Source: Azolla caroliniana (Eukaryota; Plantae; Polypodiophyta). From it: DNA of 64,000 nucleotides. Position numbers and translations under genes: made by a program. The notes beneath the pieces are model-generated. The model was not told the origin of the DNA and did no database searches. It was given only the letters and a program-made list of their open reading frames with translations. The DNA lies in NCBI GenBank assembly GCA_043228905.1, contig JBHGNT010000006.1:21452001-21516000 (forward strand), in the 5' to 3' direction. Below are positions 1 through 11,132 of the stretch, one piece after another (the first letter of the stretch is position 1; every line of letters begins with the position of its first letter).

Positions 1-139
1 GGGCAGACCATGGCTTCGAATAGCAAATATCAAGAAGAGCTGGCAACACGAGTGTATCAGTTTCTGGCATGGACGCACCAAGGTTCACATACCGACGGAA
101 GGCAGCACGCCTCAACCTAAGGGTATAACACCGTTATAC

Positions 140-3100
140 GTGGAGGACATAAATATGTTGGCCGGGGTAGAGGATGCAGAATTGGAGGCATACCTCGACG
201 AACACCCTCGGATTATTCCGCTGTTCGAAATAGATGTCATCGCAACCGCGACAGAATATGCCACGACCACTATTCCCAACGACGAGCCTTACGAACCAAA
301 CCCAGAGTCCATATTGGAACTCAGCAGAGCATGGGCGGCGTTCGAAAGGGAAATGGAGATTTCACGACGAGTCACCGCTTCTGCCCTCGAAGAAGTAAAT
401 GTGGGTAAGGAATCAGAGCCCCGGTTCCTCTCCATCGCAAAGGAATTAAGGCCGGACCAGAGAGTCACGATGATCGCACTACTCACGGAATATAAAGATG
501 TGTTCTCTTGGGCTCACGAGGACATGAAGGGGTTAGATCCCAAGTTCTATCAGCATAAGATCAATTTAGCAACTGACGCGAAACCCGTCCAGCAACGCCG
601 CTACCGCATGAACCCCAATTACGCGACCCGCGTGAAAGAAGAAATTGACAAGCTCCTGAAGGCGGGGTTCATACGACCAGTTAAACAAGCAACATGGCTA
701 AGCCCGATAGTGGTTGTCCCAAAGAAAAACGGCAAAATACGGGTATGCATAGATTACCGAAAATAAAACGTCATAACCATTACGAACGCATTTCCCTTAC
801 CCTTCACCGATAGTGTGCTGGACGCCGTCGTAGGCCATGAGATGTACAGTTTCTTAGATGGCTTTAGTGGCTAGAACCAGGTACGCATGCATCCCGAATA
901 CCAGGAGAAGACGGCGTTTGTCACAGACTGGGGAGTATATGTGGCAGTCGTCATGATGTTCGGGCTAAAGACAGCGCCGGCAACATTTCAACGAACAATT
1001 ACGGAGATCTTTGGGGAATACATTCCGGTGTTCATGCATGTTTTTCTAGACGACTTTGTGGTATATGGGAAAACAATAGACCATTTTATGCACTTACGAT
1101 TGTGCCTTGAACGTTGCCGCACTGCACGCTTAAGCCTAAATCCCGCGAAATGTGCCTTCGGCGTGATCAGCGGAACTCTCTTGGGCCACATAGTCAGCAA
1201 GGAGGGAATAGCAGTCGACCCAAACAAGATCTCTGCGATTACGCAAGCCAAAACTCCGACAAACGCCAAATCTCTTAGCCGGTTTTTAGGACAAATACGG
1301 TGGCACAGTCGGATGATACGGTATTTGGCGGACTTCCCCACGCCGTTACACGTTGCCATACATTGGACTCCGTTCCAATGGACTGCAATGGAGGATAAGG
1401 CCTATGAGGCACTTAAGATAATGCTCACACAGGCTCCCGTCGTACAACCACCAGTTTGGGCGAAGCCATTCCACGTGTTCGTCGACGCCTCGGATATAGC
1501 AATAGGAAGCGCACTAATGCAGCTCACCGAACCAAATTGGTACAGGCCAGTATACTACGCGAGTCGTAAATTGTCAGTAGCAGAGCGTAACTATTCCACA
1601 ATAGAGCGGGAGGCGCTAGGGATGATCTATAGCATCAATAAATTCCGACACTATTTATTAGGAAGGAAATTCACGTTCCACGTGGATCATTCGGCACTAC
1701 TGTATTTGGTGGAGAAACAAGCTCTGACAAGGAAATTGGCGCGGTGGATGCTGCTGCTCCAGGAATTCGATTTCGTAATTTAGCACTGACTAGGGACGCA
1801 ACATGCAGTGGCGGATGTTTTGAGCAAACTCGAGAATGGAGAAACAGTACAGAAAGACGACGACGATTTTCCGAACGCCGACATCCTACGAGTAGCGACA
1901 CTTGCAGAAAAAACGGAATCGACCTTTCCGGACCGGTGGCTTATGGAAATGATGTACTTTTTAACTACAGGACTGCCTCCACCACAATTACGCACGGACG
2001 AGAAGAAATGACTAGCCGTCCAAAGCCGTCACTTTTGCCTCGTCGAAGGCGTTTTATATCACAAAGGAAGTGACGGCATTTGGCGACATGGGGTCCGTCA
2101 GGATGAGAAGGAAGCAGTTTTACGGGAGGCACACTGCGGCACGGCAGGAGGCCATTACGTAGGCGAAGTGACAGCCCGGAAAGTATGGCAAGAGGGTTTA
2201 TGGTGGCCAACAACGCAGAAGGATGCATCCGAGTATTGTAGAAAGTGTGATTTGTGTCAACGGATGGGTCTGCTCGCGGAGGACGCAAGGATGCCACACC
2301 AGCCCATATTAACGCTAGACCCCTTCCAAAAGTGGGGATTGGATTTTGTAGGGCCCTTTACACCAGCGGTGGGCCGTACGGGCAATAAATACATATTGGT
2401 AGCCACGGATTACTGCACCAAATGGGTAGAAGCAAAGGCCCTACATGAAAATACGGCGGCCGTCACAGCCAGATTCCTTTACGAGCACCTCTGGTGCCGG
2501 TTCGGCTGTCCGATGGAACTCCTCAGTGACCAGGGGAGTCACTTTCTCAATACGGTGGTTCGGGAACTAACACATCATTACGCCGTAGTCCATAAGAAGA
2601 GCACGCCATATTATCCGCAGGCGAATGGATTAGCAGAATCCACCAACAAGACATTATAGACCATTTTGAAGAAAACCGTCAATGAAAATAGAACGGACTG
2701 GGATAACAAACTACAGAGTGCGTTATGGGCGTACAGAACTAGCTACAAAACAAGCATACAACCAACACCGTTCCGACTAGCGTTTGGACTGGAGGCTGTG
2801 ATGCCGGTCCAATTTCAGGTACCTAGTTTGCGCATTCAGGTACAAAACCAATTATCAGAAACCAAGTCAAAGGAGGTACGGCTCTACCAGCTCCTCGAAC
2901 TAGGGGAAAAACGCGTCCACAACATGGTTGTGTTGGAACAGGAACAGCAACGGCGTAAAGCGTTTGTGGATCAACATTGGAACGCAAGGGAAAAGTAGTT
3001 CACCGTGGGCCGAGCGGTGCTAGTTTTTTAAACGCGCATGGGCCATATGCCGGGGAAGTTACGTTTCCGCTGGACCGGCCCATACTGGATAATTGGAGCG

Positions 3101-3247
3101 GAACAAGGCACGTTCCAACTAGGAACGCTGGCTGGAGAAGTAGTACGGCAAAAGGTGAATGGGTTTCGGCTCAAACCTTACCTGGGCCCTATGCTACCTA
3201 ACCCATTCCCCGCCGAACAGGACAGAGCCAGAGAACCCGCAGCGTAA
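140..3247 (+). pseudogene. Gypsy pol (RT, RNase H, integrase), disrupted by stops and frameshifts
   Basis: WLSPIVVVPKKNGKIRVCIDYRK, MMFGLKTAPATFQR, FLDD, VDASD, integrase HHCC and WGLDFVGP, SDQG, PQANGLAE; in-frame stops at 764, 872, 1781, 2009, 2657 and 2996. Confidence 0.92.
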
Positions 3248-4032
3248 AATGGACAGCCCCACTTGTACTATAATGTAAAAACAGGTTGTAAATAACCGTT
3301 ACGAAAAAAAAGAAAAAGAAAAAGAAAAAGGAGAAGATAGCAACTATTAAAACAACTAAAGGCATGCACAAACTCCTAGTTCAAGAACACGCAGCACCAC
3401 GATGGCTCACCGCCCAACGAACCCTAAGCCACAAAAATAAGGAAACAGAAGATTTTCTTTACAAAGCAGAAACCCATCTTCTAGCTATCAACGCTCCCAT
3501 CGCTCCTCCCCCTCACCTTCTCCCCCATCCTATCTCAGAGCTCCAACTTACCACAATCACCCGTCTCCTCCCCACGAACATACGCTGGCGATGCCGATCT
3601 TCATCTCTACTGCCCTACGCCGATGGCTCGTGGAGAAATGCCTGGATGGTTACATCCGGGTCGCAGAAGCACCTCCACACCCGGATGCCATGGACATCGC
3701 CAGGAAGCTTAACATCGACACGGTCACCAACTCTTCCATCCGGAAGAAGTTGGACCTATCCTCACTAGGCGAAAGACATTTCGAAATACCTCCTACAGAG
3801 GCGCTGCAGTGGTATTTTGGGCCATATTCCTCCTCCGCCAAGGCCTATAGAACAAAACAGATTCCGGATCCCTTCTTCCATGAAGTTGCCAAGTTCCTGC
3901 TAGAAGTGAGCTGCGTACATGTTAACGCATATTGCATGCCTAAGCAGAAGGCGGGCATCATTATCGATACCTTTGAAGTGCGTGTCGTCGACTGGGGGGG
4001 TCATCATAGGGCTAGCGTTAAGGGAAGGCTTG

Positions 4033-4406
4033 TGTTGAGCGGCAAGCTCAACCGGAGCCGGTAAGCGAGACGGATCGGGTGAAACGGATCGGTATGACGG
4101 TGAGCAACCGAACCGGCAAGCAGTGGAGGCCGGGTGCAATCCGTAACCGACAGTCCAATCGGAAGCCTAGAATAGGATAGACTACTAGGTATCTACAGTC
4201 TCATAGTAAGTGTCAGATGCTCGTGTGAGCATTGAAGTACATGGTACTTCTGTCAGTCCCAAGAGGACTTGTATAAATAGTGCTGCTTAGCACAGTGTGT
4301 AGGTACAGAGCCTTGATATAATTTTGGAAATTACGTTTTGCTCTCTCTCTCTCTCTCTCTCTGTGTTGTTCTCTGTTTTACGCTTCCGTAAACACTCACG
4401 TTTACA
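4033..4406 (+). repeat. 5' LTR of Copia-1
   Basis: TGTTGAGC…TTTACA, near-identical to 7524-7927; TATAAATA and (CT)n inside. Confidence 0.95.
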
Positions 4407-4418
4407 TGGTATCAGAGC
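4407..4418 (+). other. Primer binding site (tRNA-iMet)
   Basis: TGGTATCAGAGC directly after the LTR. Confidence 0.95.
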
Positions 4419-4500
4419 GCGAGGGTTGAGAACCTCTGTTGCAGACATTTACTCTTGAGAAGAAAACCCTAACAGGTTGAAAACAGACAGAGTAGAAGAC

Positions 4501-7500
4501 ATGGATAGAGGCATGGCTACGTCGCTCCCGGTGGAAAAGCTCGACAGGAGCAACTACGCATCCTGGTCTTACAAGATGCACCAGTACCTGCTTGGACACG
4601 GGTACTGGAGTTATGTAGAAGGAGCGAATGATGCGGCGCTAGACTCGGCACACAAGGACTTCCTGGTATGGGAACAAGCGGCAAGCAGGGTGATGTACTA
4701 CTTCGCATCCAGTGTCAGCGATCAGCTCCTCAGCCACATCCGTGACGCCAAGACACTGAAGGATGCTTGGGGGAACTTGAAAAAGGTTTTCGCCGCAAGC
4801 ACCATTGCCCAGAAGCTACAACTCAGACAGGAGTTGAGCAATGTTCGACAGAAGAACATGTCCGTGGCAGACTACACGGGCCGGATAAAGGAGATTTGCG
4901 ACTCACTCGCCTCTATCAATGTTACCGTAGAGGAAGACGAGATGGTGCAGGTATGTCTCTGAGGTCTGGCATCCAAGTTTGGAGCGTTCCGGACTGCGGT
5001 GTGTACAAGGGAGAATACCCCCTCATTCTTCGACTTACAGTCGATGCTCCTTGTAGAGGAGAACCACGCCGGTGCATCTACCAGTGCATCCCCGGACAAC
5101 CGAATGCTGTACACGGGAACGGATCGGCACTGTGGGCGTGGTGGAAGAGGTGGGTCGGCACGCAATGGAGGCGGCCGGCAAGAGTAGGAACGGAGGCACT
5201 ATGAGTCTGTCGACAGCAGTTCCGGGACTTCCACAAGCAGGGGGAGTCAAGGCGGTGCCGGAGGCCGGCAAGACAAATCCGCTACGGAATGCTGGTACTG
5301 TGGCAAAAAAGGCCACAAGGAAAGCGAGTGCTGGAGAAAGCGTGCCGATTCGGACAAATCCGGATCCGGCAAGACCGGTAAGGATGGCCGGCAAAACTCG
5401 CACTACGCAAACGGATCAGGAGGATCTGGAACCGGAAAGGCCGGTAAGGGGCCAGCCTTGGTGATGAATCACAAGGCAAACTCAATGAAGAAGACCACTT
5501 CCAAAATGGAGGAAGTGTGGTATGTTGATTCCGGCGCGTCGAAACACATGACGAGCCACAAAGAGTGGTTCTCCTTTCTGGAGAGACCGGATCAACCAGG
5601 AGTAGTCGAAACCGGAGACGACACTCCTCACCCAATCGTGCACGTCGGAGAAGTCCCTCTAAGCCACATCGGACAGAAAGGGAAGCTGATGAACGTGTTA
5701 CACGTTCCGACGATCACGAAGAACCTAGTGTCTGTCGGTCAAATTGTTGACCAAGGGATGCAGGTGCGGTTTACGCACCTCGGGTGCTTCATTGAGGATG
5801 AGGGCGAAGTCATTGCGCAAGGGCGCAGAGACGGGAGGATGTTTATCCTCGACACCAATGACTTTGGCACCGCTCAGTTCGCGAAACGATAGAAGGTTGA
5901 GTCGGACATAGACCTGTGGCACAAGCAGATAAGCCACGTCAAGATCTGCAAACGAAACAAGTCGTTTTCGGTTTGCCGAAGTTCAGCGGCTGGAGAGCCG
6001 AAATTTGTGAAGCCTGCAAACTTGGGAAGCAACACCGGCTTCCATTCCCCACCGAACGGAACCGGAGCCGTATCAAGCTCGATCTCATCCATTCGGATGT
6101 GTGGGGACCGACACAAAGTGTAAGCCTTGGCGGGAGCCGATACTTCATCTCCTTCATCGACGACTATACTCGGCATACTTGGATCTACCTCATTGAGCGG
6201 AAGAGCGAAGTCTTCGACTGTTTCCGGAGCCTCCAGAAGATGGTGGAACGGTATGTCAGCGGCACTAAGGACCGGGGACTGCTATACCGGCGAGGTATAC
6301 CCAAAGAGCTTGTCAGTTACACCGATGCTGATTGGGTCGGCGATGCGTCTGATCGCCGCTCCACTTCCGGATACATGTTCTCCATAGGTAGCGCGGCCGT
6401 TGCGTGGAGCAGCAAGAAGCAGCCCACAGTGGCTTTGTCAAGCACTAAGGTTGAGTACCGGGCCGCTACCGTTGCCACTTGTGAAGCCATCTGGCTTCGG
6501 CGACTGCTGCGAGACTTGCGGATCGAGGTGCTGACCCCGATCCTGATTTACTGCGATAACATGAGCAGCCTGCAGCTCGCCAGGAACCCTGTGTTCCATG
6601 CTTGCACAAAGCACATCGAGGTGCACTACCACTTCGTGCGTGAGCGGGTCCTGAGCGGTGAAGTTGACCTATGGTATGTTCATACGGATCGGCAAGTTGC
6701 CGACATCTTCACCAAGCCGCTCGGATCGGACAAGTTGCAGCACTTTACCGACATGCTTGGTATTCAGCATCTCGACGTGCCGCACTTGAGGGGGAGAAGC
6801 AAGGGAAAAGTCCCTATCGAAACGGGCAAAGGCAAAAAAACTGTTGAACCCGTCGGTAAGAGGAGAGCCGGAAGAAGAGGAGACAAGAAGATGAAGGAAG
6901 CCGAGTCGACGAAGTAAGTCGACACATCCGAACAGGTCGGAGCAAGCGGTTGTGAAGAAGAGTTGTGCACTCAGGAAGAGAAGTGCATGTTGTGCGGAGG
7001 TCATCACGACGGTACTGACCATGATGCGGAGTCGAATGGAGAATTCGATTTCGGTTCACCGGCTGAAGAAGCCGAGGGAAGCATGGAGAAGGCCAAGACT
7101 CAGAATTGGTCCGATGTGGTGAGAGGCCTGAAGCCGGAAGTCGAATCGGAGTGTACCGATTCGGACAAGAGCTGGAACGAGTCGGAGACAACTGACTCGG
7201 ATCAACAGATGGACCTGGATGAGTCGGATCGACTGAAGGCCAAGGGGACACGGACACAGCGGAAGTCGATGCCATCGTGGGAAAACCAACGGATCGGCAA
7301 GCGCCGGAGTCACAGCAACGTGACTGCTGAGATGGGCCTATTGAGCAGACATGCCGACTGAGAGGGTCGAGGCGCGCAGAACCAAAGGGGTCGCAGCAAA
7401 CGGGACCGGACCGGACGAGGAGCGCGAGCAAGGAGGAGTGACGCCAGGAGAAGTCGGTTGAAAGAACCGACTGCCACAGAGGTCGACACTACGACCCCAC

Positions 7501-7529
7501 CTCAGGTTGAGCTTGAGGGGGAGTGTTGA
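4501..7529 (+). pseudogene. Copia-1 gag-pol with integrase-to-RT deletion and a C-terminal extension
   Basis: gag VEKLDRSNYASW, knuckle CWYCGKKGHKESEC, PR WYVDSGAS, INT LIHSDVWGP/FIDDY joined at about 6250 to YVSGT…YTDADW…KHIEV (RNase H); several stops. Confidence 0.9.
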
Positions 7530-7840
7530 GCGGCAAGCTCAATCGGAGCCGGATCGGCTGAATAAGCCGGAGCCGGTAAGCGAGACGGATCGGTATGACG
7601 GTGAGCAACCGAACCGGCAAGCAGTGGAGGCCGGGTGCAATCCGTAACCGGCAGTCCAATCGGAAGCCTAGAATAGGATAGACTACTAGGTATCTATAGT
7701 CTCGTAGTAAGTGTCAGATGCTCGTGTGAGCATTGAAGTACATGGTACTTCTGTCAGTCCCAAGAGGACTTGTATAAATAGTGCTACTTAGCACAGTGTG
7801 TAGGTACAGAGTCTTGATATAATTTTGGAAATTACGTTCT

Positions 7841-7887
<47 letters not shown>

Positions 7888-7927
7888 TGTTCTCTGTTTT
7901 ACGCTTCCGCAAACACTCACGTTTACA
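7524..7927 (+). repeat. 3' LTR of Copia-1
   Basis: Preceded by PPT GAGGGGGAG; matches the 5' LTR with small indels and a longer CT tract. Confidence 0.95.
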
Positions 7928-10301
7928 GCTTGCATGCGTACCAAGCAGGCAAAAACCTCAGGCTGATCATCCAACAATACCTTACGATACTATTTCCACC
8001 CTGAGGCCTGCCAACACCGCAGCCCAGCCAACCCACGGCCCCGCCCCGATCCGCGAAACGCTTTTTGCGGAATTATCGGCCCCAGAGTGGGAAGAGGAAC
8101 CCCAACTGGCCCAGCCAGACCCAAGGACAGCACCTCCTACCGACCAGCCGGACACACGGACAACGTAGGAGGTACAGCCGAGACGTTCCATGGAAGTAGC
8201 CCCAGAACCAGACACTGAAACACGGCGGGAAAGCCCCAGACCAAAACGGCGCAGATTGGACAGGAAAGATGGGCCGGGTTGGTAAAAAACACCCCCACGA
8301 CAACAGAGACACCGACCGAAGGCGAAGGCTCCGCAGTAGTAGAACCCAATACCACCTTCGAAAACATCTGGGAGCCACGACTGATTATTACGACCCAGTC
8401 CCAACGAGGGAAAGCCGTATTGACGGCGGAAAGCGAGGTTTTGGCATAACCGGATATCCCGGATATGGCCCACGAGTTCAGCGCCCTCTTGCAGTTCGGT
8501 ACTTCTTTTGAGCTCATGGAGTTCTTGGCAACGCAATAGGTCAAAGCCGCCCAACGAATGGCCGATGAGCATGCGGAACGCCAGATGATCGAGCGCGCCC
8601 TAACACAAACAACGGAGAGCAACGATGAGGACCGGCTAGCCAGGGTCGGCAGACAGAGGAACGCCGGGGTACGCCAAGTGGGGATGGAGATACCCCCCTT
8701 TAACACGGCCCTAGTCGAAGTCCATCGGGAACGGGCAAAGGTCAGCATGGGCACCAAGGAGATGGCCATAAAAAATAAGAATGTCTGGAAGAAGGTTAAA
8801 CTGACCCAAGCCGAACTGCAAAAAGCCAACGCACGCATCGCGGAGTTGGAAACTCACACAACTACGGCACAACACGCAACCCCGCCACCGAACCACGTCA
8901 TCGACGCTCTAAAAGAACAAATCAAGGCTAAGACCGCCATCACCTCAAAAGCAAAAGGGGCCGTGCAACTTGCGGAATCAAAAATTGACCGCCTTCGAGC
9001 AGAACTACGCCAATCCTCAGACAGAGAAAAGGAGATACGGGTTAACGGACGGAAGGCAGTAAAAACCCTTGAAGAGAAACTCGCTACGGAGGTAGCTCAA
9101 CATCCGAACAAAAGACGACAACGCACAATTACGAGAGGACGCGAAGAAATCGGAGGCGGCAATAGCAGGACTTCGGGCCTTATTAGAAAAAAAGAAGGTA
9201 TGGTTCGATGAGCAGTTGGTGATCGAACAAGACAGAAGGCATCAGCTCGAAATCCGCCTAAACAATGAAATGGGGAAATTAGAGGAACAACATGCAAAGG
9301 AATCCCAGCTGTGGGTGGGCCTGAAGGCCACGTATGAGGAAGCGGCAGCGGTTAAACAACAGGAAATCGCAAATCTCCAGAAGTCAATGGAAGACGTACG
9401 CAACCGTTGCTAGGCCATCATAGATAACATGCGGATCCTTCTCCAAACAAATCGGGAGAGGTTCACAACACAATTGAAAACGGCGTTGGACAAAGGATGG
9501 ATGGCATGGGCAACCCAAGCAGCGGAAATGCACGCGTATCGTGCGGACTGGGAGAACCGGCGAAAAGACGGTCGAGGTTTCTAATAAACTAAATGAGGAG
9601 AGCATTGCGGCCGTACGGGAGGACCTAGCGCAAGACTATCGTGCGCTAGCAGACCAACACTCCGAAGAGCTCGCACAACTCTTAGATGATTTTGGTGAAA
9701 GTCAGGAGGAGCTATTTCACTATATCACACAAGCTGGTAACACGCGCACAAACAAGGAATCCAGCGCGACGCCAATTCCGGGCACAGCCGAAGAAGAGGA
9801 ACCTCAGGCCCAATCACTAGAGATGACAACGATGGAGAATAGCAGGGACCGACGAGCGGAGTTCCCCACAGGACCAGACAGCGAAACCACTACACAACAA
9901 GAAGTCCAGTTGCACGAGCCCACACTATCATCAGACCACGCAGAGAACGGTGTGGACCAGGCGGAATCTCTGCCCCACTCCTCGGAACATACAAAAACGG
10001 CCGACAACACAGAGGATGTAACAATGGAGGTAGAGCCGCAGCCGCCTACAAGCACGACAACAGCGGAGCCCAACCCACTAACTCAAGAAGAGCCCATCGT
10101 ACCCGGACCACCCACACACGGCGACGGCGACTCTGGGAGAAACCAGCCCAACCAAACAGAGCCACACCACGATGCACCTACGGGCCCGGCATCACCTCCG
10201 GACGAGGACACCACAGCAGAGCCGAACATCCGAGCCATTTTGGAAGAGGATTAACAGGATGGCTCCGACGTGCCAGGGCACTGTCCCACAGGCGTGCCAA
10301 G

Positions 10302-10741
10302 TGTTGTCCACCGGAATAGTAACCGACGGACAAAAGCGTAGGAATAAGAAATTATATACGAGCATAACGCATGTAACGGTTCACGCAGGAAGCGTGAATG
10401 GCTAAATAGACCCTGCATATATAAAGGGCAGAAAACCTCTGATGGAGGTGCGTGTAATTTTGGGAATGTAAAGAAACGCCTGATAATAGAATTCTATCTT
10501 CTCTGATTTTCTGTGTATAGCTACGGCTAATTTAGTGTGTGTGTCTTGAATACCTAAGCGTTTGAGTACGTAAGTGTAACCCCTGATAGGGATTCGGTTG
10601 TAGCCGTCTCCCCTTATACGTTGATAGGTTACAGGGGTTCTTCCCTTACGCATTACGCTTAAACACCTGTTCGTTGTTCCACACCCACTTTGAGGTGTAG
10701 GTCGAAGGACTGACTGCGGACCGTCTTCCTAAACGGCAACA
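10302..10741 (+). repeat. Putative 3' LTR of the Gypsy element (left boundary uncertain)
   Basis: TGTTGTCC…GGCAACA imperfect terminal inverted repeat, TATATAAAG near 10418; no clean PPT next to 10302; partner LTR is outside the window. Confidence 0.55.
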
Positions 10742-10864
10742 CTAATATGACTTTTCGGCTATTTACAAATATAGCCCCGATGGACTCTCCGAAAACATAT
10801 TTATGAATATGCCCCTTCATCCGGTGAGCACTTCACACCGGGCCTTCACCATCCAGCTCTTGGT

Positions 10865-11082
10865 GGGTACTCGTCATCCGGTTCTCACCGGGTCTTCCGT
10901 AGCCGGGTACTCGTCATCCGGTTCTCACCGGGTCTTCCGTAGCCGGGTACTCGTCATCCGGTTCTCACCGGGTCTTCCGTAGCCGGGTACTTGTCATCCG
11001 GTTCTCACCGGGTCTTCCGTTGTTGGGTACTTGTCATCCGGTTCTCACCGGCTCTTCCGTAACCGGGTACTCCTCATCCGGT
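10865..11082. repeat. 40-bp tandem array in Copia-2 LTR U3 (5 full copies plus a partial copy; same array at 15684-15900)
   Basis: Unit GGGTACTCGTCATCCGGTTCTCACCGGGTCTTCCGTAGCC, period 40. Confidence 0.95.
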
Positions 11083-11132
11083 TTCTTCTCACTTCCCGTC
11101 CGGAGGGACCTGTTTCCTAACAAACTCCCCAT

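Larger units (their letters stand above)
4033..7927 (+). mobile_element. Ty1/Copia LTR retrotransposon, internally deleted, with 5-bp TSD GCTTG
   Basis: LTRs 4033-4406 and 7524-7927 (TG…CA); GCTTG at 4028-4032 and 7928-7932; PBS at 4407; PPT at 7515-7523; gag-PR-INT-RH motifs. Confidence 0.97.
3591..10254 (+). pseudogene. Extra post-pol ORF of the Gypsy element (about 900 codons once the Copia insert is removed): globular N-terminus, coiled-coil middle, acidic P/T/E-rich tail
   Basis: Reading joins across the Copia insertion (…DWGVIIGLALREGL|HAYQAGKNLRLIIQQY after a 1-nt slip in a G-run); ORF pieces 3591-4032, 8558-9211, 9216-9413, 9541-10254. Confidence 0.65.
1..10741 (+). mobile_element. 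Ty3/Gypsy LTR retrotransposon (non-chromoviral, Athila-like), 5' part outside window, interrupted by a Copia at 4033-7927
   Basis: RT-RNaseH-INT order in ORFs 140-3247; integrase ends GKLRFRWTGPY...KVNGFRLKPY with no chromodomain; extra ORF after pol; ends ...GGCAACA at 10741, where the sequence switches abruptly to the LTR of another element. Confidence 0.9.

Noticed and set aside
10865-11082. CRISPR-like array
   Set aside because: Head-to-tail repeats without unique spacers, inside eukaryotic LTRs
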